This document shows, piece after piece, positions 1 to 9,726 of a stretch of DNA of 64,000 nucleotides (the stretch's first letter is position 1; every line of letters starts with the position of its first letter). Source of the stretch: a bacterium (GTDB lineage: Bacteria > Electryoneota > Electryoneia > Electryoneales > Electryoneaceae); NCBI GenBank assembly GCA_963669175.1, contig OY769902.1, forward strand, positions 3,584,001-3,648,000, given 5' to 3'. The notes under the pieces are model-generated. The model searched no databases and was not told where the DNA came from. It saw nothing but the letters and a program-made list of their open reading frames with translations. The position numbers and the translations under genes are program-made.

Positions 1-454
1 GCTTGCCATGGTTATCACCGGTGTGGACTCCGTCATTCTCTGGTCGGTGATCATGGTAATCTTATCTGTCATCCCTCTATTGGGTGCAGGCCTGATATTG
101 ATCCCGGCTGGCATCATTCAGTTAATCCAGGGTGATATCTGGCAGGGAATCGTGTTGATTCTGACTCAGCTTATTATCGTTTCCAATATTGATAACCTGT
201 TGCGCCCACGTTTCATCGGCAGGGATGCAAAGATGCACGACTTGCTGATTCTGTTCTCCACCCTCGGCGGAATTACCGCATTTGGTATGATGGGCTTTAT
301 CGTCGGTCCCATCCTGTGTGCCATGTTGTTGACTGCGCTGGAGATTTATGGCATGGAGTTCCGTGACCAACTGGAATATACTCTTACAGGAATAGATGAC
401 AGCAGCGACACCGATACCGAGTCAGATGAACAGACAATGACCGTTTTGAAATGA
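1..454 (+). CDS. AI-2E family transporter, C-terminal part (5' truncated by window edge)
   Basis: Hydrophobic ORF with DNLLRPRFIG and STLGG..FG..GFIVGP motifs typical of AI-2E/PerM permeases. Confidence 0.85.
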   Translation, partial: LAMVITGVDSVILWSVIMVILSVIPLLGAGLILIPAGIIQLIQGDIWQGIVLILTQLIIVSNIDNLLRPRFIGRDAKMHDLLILFSTLGGITAFGMMGFIVGPILCAMLLTALEIYGMEFRDQLEYTLTGIDDSSDTDTESDEQTMTVLK

Positions 455-853
455 AACTCTATTTTCTCCAGAGTTTGTTTTTACCACATTCCCCGAATCC
501 ATGCAATAAATGCTCGTCAAGCATGATCTGATTGATTCTCTTCCTCAAAAAAAGGATTTCTCCATCTTCTACTCCTTATCTCAGACCGCATGATAGTTTA
601 TTGTATTTCAATAGTATACAAATTCTATCTGATATTTTCTCAAAATATATTGCCTTGCGCTATTAGTATTTCATAGTCACTGGTACAATCCTGATGATGA
701 GAATCTGGTTTCTCTGCTCTCCTCCATTTCTGGCAAAATTATTGCAATCGTTGCATGCCAGCCTGATTTTTGCGAGAAGACTGCCGTATCTTCAAGATCA
801 TGCATTTTTGAGATTGATGTCTGTCAGGACGACAGATTAACCAGGGGAGAACC

Positions 854-2743
854 ATGGAAAGAAGAAAGCTGTTCACTGCCTTTCGCTGGGGGATGCTGCC
901 CATTCTGCCAGTGATGTTATTGCTTGTCATTGGATGTGGCAAACAGGGCGCCGGGAAGCCAAAAATTGAGAAGCTGGATGATTTGCCGCGTTATACCTAT
1001 ACCATTGACAAGCCAGTCATGGAAGTGCTTGATGATGAAGCCGCTTTGCAGACCTTGATGGCTGCGGTAAAGAAAGACCTGTTGAATGATCTGAACACCT
1101 ATGATATCGTAGACAAGACCACTCTGAAAAGTTATTACTCCACCTTGGCCCAAATTGCCCTTATCGAAGGTGATGACAAAACGTACATGACTTATTCGGA
1201 CAAAGCGCGAGCGCTCGAAGAAAAAGAACCGGCCAAGTTGATGATGGGCATGTTCGGACGCGCTTTGATCGCCGAACGTAAAGCCACAGAGAATGGTAGC
1301 GAAGTATTCAGGAAGAGCTACCAGGAATCTGTGGATAATCTTTCCTACGAAGTCTGCCAGGACGAGCTGAAGAGCACCAAGGGCCAGCTGGAAATTATCT
1401 CGGCCAACTTGTTGCAGGGTGTTGTTGAAGCCCAGCTCCAGCCTGTATTGGACCAGAGTAATGGTGAGATGAGCAAGGACATCGCTGTCGGTATTCTTGG
1501 CATGTATCATACCATGCACAATGTCATTCCACGTAAAGACATCATGCATGATGTACTGGCTGCTTACCTGGCCAAGGTGCCCGAAGATATCAAGCCCGAC
1601 ATCTGGGCCGAACGTCAGGTCGTGCTGAGCAAGAAGGATAAAGGTAAACCTGTCGTCGTAGCGGTCTGGGACAGCGGTGCAGACTTTGATGTCTTCAAGT
1701 CCAGCATGTGGACCAACGACAAGGAAAAACCGGGTAACGGCAAAGATGATGACGGTAACGGCTTCATTGATGACGTACACGGTATCGGCTTTACCCTCCA
1801 CGCAGACAAGACGGCTGATCCCCTCTACCCCATCGGTGATGTCGCGGATCGTCCCCGTCTCCAGATGCTGATGAAGGGTCTTATTGACATGCAGTCCAAC
1901 ATCGAGAGCGATGAAGCTTCCAAGCTGAAGCAAATCGTCTCCCAGATGCAGCCCGATGAAGTGAAGCCTTTCATGGAAGACATCAGCAAGTATGGCAACT
2001 ACTGCCACGGCACCCATGTTGCCGGCATTGCACTGCGTGATAATCCTTTCGCCGAATTGCTTTACGCGCGGATGACCTTCGGTCATACCATGATTCCGGA
2101 ACTTCCGACCATCGAACAGGCCCGTAAGGACAGTGCGATGTACATTGAAACCGTGAATTATTTCAAAGATCACGGTGTACGTGTTGTCAACATGAGCTGG
2201 GGCGGCAGCCTCGCCGGTGTTGAAGGCGCCCTGGAGATGAACAACGCCGGTGGCACCCCGGAAGAACGCAAAGCCCTGGCACGCAAGATCTATGAGATCA
2301 GCGTTGCCGGTCTGAAGAATGCTATCAAGAGCGCCCCGGAAATCCTGTTCGTAACCTCCGCAGGAAACTCGGATAACGATGTCGTATTCGAAGAAGTTTA
2401 CCCCAGCTCGATGGACTATCCCAACATCATGTCCGTTGGCGCTGTGGACCAGGCAGGTGAAGAAACCGGCTTTACCAGTTTCGGAAAGGTCGATGTCTAC
2501 GCCAATGGTTTCGAGGTGTTGAGTTTTGTTCCCGGTGGCGACGAGATGAAGCTTTCCGGAACCAGCCAGGCCTCGCCGAATGTGACCAACCTGGCAGCCA
2601 AGCTCTGGGCGATGAACCCCGATCTGACCGTAGCACAGGTGCGCAGCCTGATCGTGGATTCAGCGGATGAACGTAAGGCAGGAGAGCGTTCGGTCAAGCT
2701 GATGAATCCAAAGAAGTCGTTTGAGATGCTGAATAAGATGTAA
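854..2743 (+). CDS. S8 (subtilisin-like) serine peptidase, predicted lipoprotein
   Basis: Catalytic triad motifs VAVWDSG, HGTHVAG, GTSQASP; oxyanion SAGN; lipobox LVIGC; DDDGNGFIDDVHG Ca-binding insert. Confidence 0.9.
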   Translation: MERRKLFTAFRWGMLPILPVMLLLVIGCGKQGAGKPKIEKLDDLPRYTYTIDKPVMEVLDDEAALQTLMAAVKKDLLNDLNTYDIVDKTTLKSYYSTLAQIALIEGDDKTYMTYSDKARALEEKEPAKLMMGMFGRALIAERKATENGSEVFRKSYQESVDNLSYEVCQDELKSTKGQLEIISANLLQGVVEAQLQPVLDQSNGEMSKDIAVGILGMYHTMHNVIPRKDIMHDVLAAYLAKVPEDIKPDIWAERQVVLSKKDKGKPVVVAVWDSGADFDVFKSSMWTNDKEKPGNGKDDDGNGFIDDVHGIGFTLHADKTADPLYPIGDVADRPRLQMLMKGLIDMQSNIESDEASKLKQIVSQMQPDEVKPFMEDISKYGNYCHGTHVAGIALRDNPFAELLYARMTFGHTMIPELPTIEQARKDSAMYIETVNYFKDHGVRVVNMSWGGSLAGVEGALEMNNAGGTPEERKALARKIYEISVAGLKNAIKSAPEILFVTSAGNSDNDVVFEEVYPSSMDYPNIMSVGAVDQAGEETGFTSFGKVDVYANGFEVLSFVPGGDEMKLSGTSQASPNVTNLAAKLWAMNPDLTVAQVRSLIVDSADERKAGERSVKLMNPKKSFEMLNKM

Positions 2744-2764
2744 ACCTGCATCTTTCAGATATAG

Positions 2765-2803
2765 AAAACCCCCGGCAGTGTTCAGACACTATCGGGGGTT
2801 TTT
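2765..2803. terminator. Bidirectional intrinsic terminator
   Basis: AAAACCCCCG...CGGGGGTTTTT hairpin between convergent genes. Confidence 0.75.
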
Positions 2804-2820
2804 ATTTACTTGTCCTACCT

Positions 2821-3237
2821 TCAGTTGGGTGATTCCCACCTGAATCCCTCGACCGGTTCCTCGCCACGCAACAACCAGTTTGCGACCTGTACCGGCCAGT
2901 CCGGCATATGAGAGATGGGAAAAAACCGTTCCGAACCACTCACACCTGACTCTTTACAGATTTCCAGCAGTTGATTCTGAAGCATCGGATTGCTGAATAC
3001 AACCGCAAATCGCTCCATACCATACCGTTTGTACACCTTCTGCACATCACACATAAGCGGATACGCATCAAGCCCCAGTTGCTTCAGGGTACGTAAATCA
3101 GCGAGAACATGGAAATGCTTACTTGTTTTTGGTAAGTGCGTTTCACATTCACCCAGCCACAACCTGACATCAGAGGCACAAACGAAACCACTGAGAACCA
3201 CACGGTAACCGTACTCGGTTTCTTCAACCTGAATCAT
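2821..3237 (-). CDS. Hypothetical protein, possibly STAS/SpoIIAA-like fold
   Basis: ORF with GAGG RBS before MIQVEETEYG; alpha/beta pattern with VLADLR motif; fold assignment is tentative. Confidence 0.55.
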   Translation of the reverse strand: MIQVEETEYGYRVVLSGFVCASDVRLWLGECETHLPKTSKHFHVLADLRTLKQLGLDAYPLMCDVQKVYKRYGMERFAVVFSNPMLQNQLLEICKESGVSGSERFFPISHMPDWPVQVANWLLRGEEPVEGFRWESPN

Positions 3238-3581
3238 GTCAACCTCTAAAATCTTGCTAACCACATAGAAGCTACTATTCAATAGGTTCTTTTCCATGTG
3301 ACCAGCATCACATAAAACTGCCCTACTAACTCCCCTAATGAATACACGTTAGCTATTCACTAACGCTCGCAATATAGAAGACGCACCCCATACTGTAAAT
3401 AGCAATATTTTACATACCCTCTTCTTTTGAGCTTTCGCTAAGGGACTGTAATTATAGAAAGAAGATGATATAAAGAGACTCCGGCTCAGAATATTAACGA
3501 AGCAAAAAATCCCCGCAGCACCATGTTGAATTTTACATTCTTGATAGCTCACAAATATTTATGCAACATGTTATAAGTCAA

Positions 3582-3815
3582 GTTGCGTCAGGTCTTGATG
3601 TGATGCTGGTTTCCTGTTCTGAAGCAGTCCGAAGGCTAACGATGATCGTCGTTTTTCCGTTTGGGAGAAGTCCCATACATCACATTGTGACCTGACGTCG
3701 GCTCTGAAACACGTGGCAGGTCACAACGCGATGTCTGTATTGTGTAGAGCAATCTCATCGACCAACACATGCTAACAGTAGAGCATAATCATATCGCGCC
3801 AAGACCTGCCACAAC
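3582..3815. repeat. Four-unit REP-like cassette (family B, copy 1)
   Basis: Units at 3582-3606, 3678-3699, 3713-3734, 3793-3815 (G(T/G)CAGGTC core, alternating orientation); homologous in inverted orientation to 32502-32762. Confidence 0.75.
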
Positions 3816-3881
3816 GCTACCTCAGTGCATAAATTCTTGTGAGGAACCCAATTCTTTCATCACAGTCTACAGGAGGAAAAG

Positions 3882-4850
3882 ATGGATTATACGTATCTCG
3901 GTAGAACCGGCTTGAAGGTTTCACGAATCTGTCTTGGCACCATGAATTTTGGTCACTATACCACGGAATCCGATAGTCATACCATCATGGATCGTTCGTT
4001 AGAACTCGGTGTAAACTTCTTCGACACAGCGAATGTGTATGGTGGCGATAAAGGACGTGGCACGACAGAGGAATACATCGGACGCTGGCTGGCGCATGGC
4101 GGAAAACGTGAGAAAATCGTTCTCGCCACAAAGGTATACGGAACCATGTCGGATGAACTGAATGACGGTAAACTTTCTGCTTATCACATCCGTAAGGCCT
4201 GTGAAGACAGCCTGCGACGCATGAAGACGGATCATATCGATTTGTACCAGATGCATCATGTGGATCGCAATACACCATGGGACGAGATCTGGCAAGCCAT
4301 GGAACAACTGGTGCGTGAAGGGAAAGTTCTGTACGTGGGCAGCAGCAATTTTGCCGGTTGGCATATTGTCCAAGCGAATGAGATTGCCAGGCAACGGAAT
4401 TTCCTGGGGATTGTCAGCGAACAAAGCCTGTACAGCCTGATGAAGCGTGAGGTTGAATCGGATCTGGTGCCGGCATGTGAAGCGTACGGTGTGGGCATTA
4501 TTCCCTGGAGTCCGATTGGCGGCGGCATGCTGGGCGGTGTGCTGAAGAAACTCGCGGACGGACGTCGCACGCAGAAGGAATTTCTGGAACGATTGGAAAA
4601 GGTTCGACCACAAGTTGAACAGTATGAAGCGTTATGCCAGGAGATTGGTGTTGCGCCTGCCGATGTGGCTATAGCATGGCTTTTGAATAATCCTGCGGTT
4701 ACCTCCCCTATTGTCGGTCCCAGGACTTTAGAACAACTGGAGCAGAATGTTCGCGCTGCCGAAGTGAAACTGGATGATGAAACGCTGAAGAAACTGGATG
4801 AGATCTGGCCCGGACCGGGCGGTCCAGCGCCGGAGTGTTATGCCTGGTGA
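3882..4850 (+). CDS. Aldo/keto reductase
   Basis: LGRTGLKVSRICLGTM, FFDTANVY, LATK, DHIDLYQMH, IIPWSP motifs; AGGAGG RBS. Confidence 0.95.
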   Translation: MDYTYLGRTGLKVSRICLGTMNFGHYTTESDSHTIMDRSLELGVNFFDTANVYGGDKGRGTTEEYIGRWLAHGGKREKIVLATKVYGTMSDELNDGKLSAYHIRKACEDSLRRMKTDHIDLYQMHHVDRNTPWDEIWQAMEQLVREGKVLYVGSSNFAGWHIVQANEIARQRNFLGIVSEQSLYSLMKREVESDLVPACEAYGVGIIPWSPIGGGMLGGVLKKLADGRRTQKEFLERLEKVRPQVEQYEALCQEIGVAPADVAIAWLLNNPAVTSPIVGPRTLEQLEQNVRAAEVKLDDETLKKLDEIWPGPGGPAPECYAW

Positions 4851-4877
4851 GAAGCGGGTAAAAAGAGTGTGAAAAGC

Positions 4878-4917
4878 GAAGTGGACTTCGACAATACGGA
4901 TCGAAGTCCACTTCTTT
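4878..4917 (+). terminator. Intrinsic terminator
   Basis: 14-bp stem GAAGTGGACTTCGA/TCGAAGTCCACTTC followed by TTT. Confidence 0.7.
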
Positions 4918-4997
4918 CATCACTGCCATCGACAGTCAACTCTTCCTCTATGATCACAATCATCCTATCCTCCTATTGCTGGTTTATGGTTGTGAAT

Positions 4998-5354
4998 CTA
5001 CTTTGAAAATGCCTGCTGCTCGTCAATACACCCTCGTGACAACGCTTCACGCAGTAACGGTTTGAAGCCTTTACGCTTGAAATACAGCGCTGCATAGTTG
5101 CGTTGAATCTGTACACCACGGAACAGGTAATACTTCAAACGCTGAACACCTTCCCGTGTTTCCACCAGGCTTAACGCGTAGTCGATCAGTTTGCAGGTCA
5201 CAAAATTCGGATCATCCCGTAATATTGCCATGAGATGATCGATGTCCTGCTTCCTGCCGATTTGTGCGTACTCGCGCAAGTCCATCAGGTTCTGTTTCCC
5301 TGCTACTGGCGGGCTGTTCCCCGCATTCTGCACCATCTGCCCAACATGACACAT
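4998..5354 (-). CDS. Hypothetical protein (118 aa, helical)
   Basis: Strong AGGAGA RBS before ATG at 5354; no recognisable family motif. Confidence 0.7.
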   Translation of the reverse strand: MCHVGQMVQNAGNSPPVAGKQNLMDLREYAQIGRKQDIDHLMAILRDDPNFVTCKLIDYALSLVETREGVQRLKYYLFRGVQIQRNYAALYFKRKGFKPLLREALSRGCIDEQQAFSK

Positions 5355-5396
5355 GGTTTTCTCCTTTCTCCTGTTTCCCTGAATCGGGATGAAATG

Positions 5397-5427
5397 AAAA
5401 ACCCTCACCGCCGCGAAGCAGTGAGGG
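5397..5427 (-). terminator. Leader terminator upstream of the hypothetical gene (attenuator-like)
   Basis: CCCTCACTGC-TTCGCG-GCGGTGAGGG-TTTTT on minus strand, about 40 nt before the start codon. Confidence 0.7.
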
Positions 5428-5454
5428 TTGAATTGCCTGAAACTGTGTTACAGG

Positions 5455-5568
5455 TTAATTGATACGCCTCCCCATTTCGAGCAGAGTCCACTTTTGGCAG
5501 CCGCTGACTACGACTGCGCTGGGATCAACGCCGATCAGACGAATTCTATTTTCTTGTGCGATTACCAT
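5455..5568 (-). CDS. Putative leaderless leader peptide (37 aa, MVIAQENRIRLIGVDPS...)
   Basis: ATG lies 7 nt after a TATACT -10 box with no RBS; ORF ends just before the leader terminator. Confidence 0.45.
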   Translation of the reverse strand: MVIAQENRIRLIGVDPSAVVVSGCQKWTLLEMGRRIN

Positions 5569-5575
5569 GGCGCCA

Positions 5576-5605
5576 AGTATAAGACCACGAACTTGGTAAA
5601 CGCAA
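5576..5605 (-). promoter_or_regulatory. Putative sigma70 promoter
   Basis: TTGCGT-N18-TATACT on minus strand. Confidence 0.5.
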
Positions 5606-5733
5606 GAAGCCGAGAGCCAATACTGACAAGCTTTTCCGTCACTTCCCATGACTTTCTGTCTTTATATTCTTTTTCAGCAAAACAATTCAGGCAGATTCTC
5701 GGGTTCTAAAGTTTCAAAACACAGGAGATAAAG

Positions 5734-6096
5734 ATGATTCAATACATGATGGCGCCCACGACCATCCCGGCAGCAGGCGAACCACCAAAACTGATCCAGG
5801 AATTTTTCGGCCGTGTCAATTCAAAGACAGAACAAGTCAGCATTGCACGTATGGTCAGTCCCCAGGGATGGGTAGAGCCGGGTCAGACGCCAGAGTTTGA
5901 TGAGTACACACTGGTGCTGAAAGGATCGTTATCTGTGGAGACGAAAAACGGCACCTTCAAGGTTGGCGCAGGGCAGGCAATGCTGATCGGGAAAGGTGAA
6001 TGGGTGCAGTACAGCTCACCCGATGAAGGTGGCGCGGAATATGTCGCGATCTGTATGCCTGCCTTCTCCCCCGACACGGTTCATCGTGATGAATAG
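5734..6096 (+). CDS. Cupin domain protein
   Basis: GWVEPGQTPEFDEYTLVLKG and GEWVQYSSP cupin motifs; AGGAG RBS. Confidence 0.9.
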   Translation: MIQYMMAPTTIPAAGEPPKLIQEFFGRVNSKTEQVSIARMVSPQGWVEPGQTPEFDEYTLVLKGSLSVETKNGTFKVGAGQAMLIGKGEWVQYSSPDEGGAEYVAICMPAFSPDTVHRDE

Positions 6097-6289
6097 TCCT
6101 GTGGGGCGTTGCACCAGAATCGATGAGATTTACTGGTTATAACGCCCGATATATATACCTCTTGATCTACATCTGACCGGAGACATTTTCCGGTTTTATG
6201 ATTGATCTTCAGCACGTTTGGACGTAGAATGCGCACTGACAGGATGGATACAGATTCGCCTTTACCAAAAGCCGGAGGCTTTGAGAAAG

Positions 6290-7279
6290 ATGGTCGATAC
6301 AGCAGTACGTACAACGATGACTCCACTGGTTTCTCCAGATAATGGGAAAATCGAGTTCGGTTCTAGCAAGAGTATCAGAATACACTGCTTATCCGAAATA
6401 GGCTGGCATGATGATCATACCCTGATGAAAGACATCAACAATGCCGGTGGTCACCAGACAGCCGATCAGTGGTTCATGGAATGGGATGAGGAGAACGCTG
6501 CCGGGAGTTGCACGCTGGTAGAAGTGACTCATCACAACGATGAGAAGACCATGTTCCTCATGGATACCGGCTGGAATGCCCAGTATATCGATGAGATCTT
6601 CCGCCGTGAAGGAATTGATGAACTTCTGGTTGAAGGCAAAATCGAATTCCTGTATATCAGCCACGAACACATGGACCACTTCTGGGGGCTGGAGGCAGTG
6701 CTGCGTTACCGTCCCGATATCCCCATCCTCATCCCGGATACTTTCAGTGAAATCGCTCTTGATTTCATCAGTGGAAAGATCCCCCCTGCCAGTGAAGCGG
6801 AAAACCATATTATCCACCGTGGCCCGTTGCATCGGTTGACGCCGGGAGAAGTATATCAGCTTGCAGAAGGTATCGCATCGGTCGGTTTTGACCTCCCCCT
6901 GAATCTCGGTGTAAAAGGTGAACAGTCACTTTATGTATCCTTGAAGGACAAGGGGATGGTCTGCATCTCGGGTTGCTGTCATCAGAACGTGCTGAACCTG
7001 GCTGGATTTGCACGCGATAACCTCGCTGGCGGTGACAAGATGTACGGTCTCTACGGCGGCCTGCATATCAGTCCCCACGGCGCTTTCACCCCGGACGCCG
7101 AACAGATTATCCAGGGTATGCGTGATTTTGAATTCAGCAAGATCGCCTGCAACCACTGCACAGGGATTCTAGCCGTCGATAAGATGCGTGAGATCGGTCT
7201 GCCCGTCGAAATGGGTACAGGACAACATGGTTCCCTGACGGATCAGTACGTTGGGAATGGTGAAGTTGTTGATTTTTAA
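6290..7279 (+). CDS. MBL-fold metallo-hydrolase (start uncertain)
   Basis: LMDTG, SHEHMDHFWG, GCCH, GGLH, CNHCTG metal-binding motifs. Confidence 0.85.
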   Translation: MVDTAVRTTMTPLVSPDNGKIEFGSSKSIRIHCLSEIGWHDDHTLMKDINNAGGHQTADQWFMEWDEENAAGSCTLVEVTHHNDEKTMFLMDTGWNAQYIDEIFRREGIDELLVEGKIEFLYISHEHMDHFWGLEAVLRYRPDIPILIPDTFSEIALDFISGKIPPASEAENHIIHRGPLHRLTPGEVYQLAEGIASVGFDLPLNLGVKGEQSLYVSLKDKGMVCISGCCHQNVLNLAGFARDNLAGGDKMYGLYGGLHISPHGAFTPDAEQIIQGMRDFEFSKIACNHCTGILAVDKMREIGLPVEMGTGQHGSLTDQYVGNGEVVDF

Positions 7280-7303
7280 GTATTAAGATAGACAAAAGAT
7301 ATC

Positions 7304-7330
7304 AGGCCCGGCGAAATCACCGGGCCTTTT
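7304..7330 (+). terminator. Intrinsic terminator
   Basis: AGGCCCGG/CCGGGCCT stem plus TTT between convergent genes. Confidence 0.65.
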
Positions 7331-7342
7331 GTATACTCATGG

Positions 7343-7696
7343 CTATCGTTTTATCTCCGTAGGGTTCCCTTCCTCATCCAGAGCGACAAAGGTGGTTGAT
7401 GTGTGGAATACGACCTCATCCTCCACCCTGGCTTCGAGGTCGAAGGTGATGCTGGTTCTGCCGACACGTGGATTGGAGGCGAAGAACTCGACGATTTGTC
7501 CCACTTTCACCATCCTGCGGAACATGACCTCTTCGAATTTCAGGGTTACAAGGTGCGGCATACCGGTGTAGATACGAGCGTAAATTGAGGCAGCCTCATC
7601 CATCCAGGCCATCATGTTCCCGCCGAACAGGTTGCCCTCCGTGCCCACGTCACGGGTCATACACATTTTCGATGTAATCGGGATGTACTTCTTCAT
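7343..7696 (-). CDS. Acyl-CoA thioesterase (hotdog fold)
   Basis: GNLFGGNMMAWMDEAA, VGRTS and FVALDEEGNP motifs; GGAG RBS before MKKYIP. Confidence 0.9.
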   Translation of the reverse strand: MKKYIPITSKMCMTRDVGTEGNLFGGNMMAWMDEAASIYARIYTGMPHLVTLKFEEVMFRRMVKVGQIVEFFASNPRVGRTSITFDLEARVEDEVVFHTSTTFVALDEEGNPTEIKR

Positions 7697-7758
7697 GTTA
7701 TCTCCGTTGTTCTTGTGTTCTTGTTGTTTCTCGTTTGACACTCCAGATTCAATTATAC

Positions 7759-7962
7759 TTAGCCTGCTTCAGCAGGCTCCTCTTAGCACCCGGCTTTAGC
7801 CGGGTGTGAGAATTAAACCACGACATGAGCGCGCTTGAGCGTGCTTGCAAGTAATATAGAACACCTCTCAGGCAAGCACCCTGAAGGGCGCTCTACAACC
7901 TTGTTGTCACAGTCCCCCCGGCTGAAGCCGGGGGCTAAGAGGAGCAGGCTAAAGCCTGCTAA
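7759..7962. repeat. About 200-bp symmetric MITE/REP-doublet-like element with nested hairpins
   Basis: Two inverted arms, each with hairpins closed by TT(C/T)A loops (CCCGGCTTTAGCCGGG / CCCCGGCTGAAGCCGGGG). Confidence 0.7.
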
Positions 7963-8457
7963 TGATCACATATACTGTCTCTTGCAAGTATTGTCTCATG
8001 CGAGAAGCTTCTAGACAAAGCTATGAATGCGAATTTTACAAATCCATTTCGCAGATATGCGACATTACTTTCGAGCATTACTATATAGCAGTACTCGGAA
8101 AGAATGTCGCATCATGTCATCCCCTCCCCGAATGTTGTAGTCGGGGATCAATCGGGAATCTCGACGTTTTGCTGTCCAAGCAACAATCTGTATACAACCC
8201 ACTATAGTTGCAATCAAATCAATCAATTATCTCGCAACACAATCCCAATATATCTTAAAAAAACAAGTCATGTCATCAATAAATACTCAAGGACTTCCTT
8301 CAGCTACCATGATAATGTACTGGTTAGATGACAAAATTTCTTTTCTGATTCCCATTCTCCATGTTTCAGGTGAGCCGGGCACTTGACCCGGAAGAGTTCG
8401 CGTTCTACGTTTCCACCAACATTCATACGAACCTGAACCATAACGGGAGAACGAGAT

Positions 8458-9663
8458 ATGAGTACCCCATTTGAAGCGGTAAAAGTCAGTGAAAACGTGT
8501 ACTGGGTTGGAGTTATTGATTGGGAGCTGGCAGATTTTCATGGGTATTCCACCCCACGCGGTTCCACTTACAATGCGTACCTGATCCTGGGTGAGAAGGT
8601 CACCCTGATCGATACAGTCAAGCATAAATACTTCGGCGAGATGATGGCACGCATTCAATCCGTCATTGATCCAAAAGAGATTCACACTATTATTTCCAAC
8701 CATTCCGAGATGGATCACACCGGCGCATTGCAGATGACAATCAATGCCGTGCAACCGGAACGTGTGTTTGCTTCCAAGAAGGGCGTAGATGCGATCAACG
8801 AAATCTTCAACGGCGCCGTAAATGTGGAAGCCGTGACCGAGGGTGAACCACTTGACCTGGGCGGCGGCAAGAACCTGCATTTCATCGAAGCGCCGCTGGT
8901 TCACTGGCCGGACAGCATGTTCACCTACCTGGACAGCGACAAGATCCTGTTCAGCAACGACGGTTTCGGGATGCACCTGGCTTCAGCGGAACGATTTGAT
9001 GATGAGGTCGATCCATGGATTCTGAGACACGAAGCAAAAACCTATTTCGCCAATATTCTCTGGCCGATGGCTGCCAAGGTCGGCGCAACGATGAAAAAAC
9101 TGGATGAATTTGCGCATCCCATTGAGCTGATCGCTCCAGACCACGGCCCCATCTGGCGCAGCAAGATGGATGACATCATGGCCTGGTATCGTGAATGGGT
9201 TGACGGCGTTACGGCGAAGAAAGTACTGGTCTTTTACGACACGATGTGGCAGAGTACGGCCAAAATGGCGACAGCCGTGGCGGAAGGTGTCAAGCAGAGC
9301 GGCGCACAGGTCAAGGTATACCCCATTGCCAAAAGTGACCGTAGTGAGATTGCGACAGAATTGTTGAATGCCGCCGCAGTGATCGTGGGAAGCCCGAACT
9401 TGAACGGTGGTGTGTTCCCTGCTGTAGCGGATATCATGACCTATCTGGAAGGTCTGAAACCGAAGAAGCAGGCGTTGCTTGGCGGCTCGTTCGGTTCATA
9501 TGGCTGGAGTCCGGTAATCGGAAAGAAACTGTCTGCATGGCTGGAAGGAATCGGCGCAGAAGTCATCGAAAAGCCGGTTCAGACCAAGCATGTCCCGGCA
9601 GATGAAGCGCTTGAAGAGTGCCGTATTCTGGGCAAGACTATCGGCGAGAAAGTGATGGGTTGA
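8458..9663 (+). CDS. fprA: Flavodiiron protein (type A flavoprotein)
   Basis: GSTYNAYLI, NHSEMDH, HWPDSM, APDHG diiron motifs plus C-terminal flavodoxin domain (YDTMWQST, FGSYGW). Confidence 0.95.
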   Translation: MSTPFEAVKVSENVYWVGVIDWELADFHGYSTPRGSTYNAYLILGEKVTLIDTVKHKYFGEMMARIQSVIDPKEIHTIISNHSEMDHTGALQMTINAVQPERVFASKKGVDAINEIFNGAVNVEAVTEGEPLDLGGGKNLHFIEAPLVHWPDSMFTYLDSDKILFSNDGFGMHLASAERFDDEVDPWILRHEAKTYFANILWPMAAKVGATMKKLDEFAHPIELIAPDHGPIWRSKMDDIMAWYREWVDGVTAKKVLVFYDTMWQSTAKMATAVAEGVKQSGAQVKVYPIAKSDRSEIATELLNAAAVIVGSPNLNGGVFPAVADIMTYLEGLKPKKQALLGGSFGSYGWSPVIGKKLSAWLEGIGAEVIEKPVQTKHVPADEALEECRILGKTIGEKVMG

Positions 9664-9693
9664 TTCCTGTTTTTGAAATTCACGACAATGTTG

Positions 9694-9726
9694 CTGCCCG
9701 GTTTCGTATGGAGCCGGGCAGTTTTT
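9694..9726 (+). terminator. Intrinsic terminator
   Basis: CTGCCCGG/CCGGGCAG stem plus T-tract. Confidence 0.65.

Noticed and set aside
5430-5560. TPP or other known riboswitch in the leader
   Set aside because: CTGATC...CCAGCG is superficially TPP-like, but the CTGAGA and AGGGA core elements are absent; no other aptamer consensus was recognised
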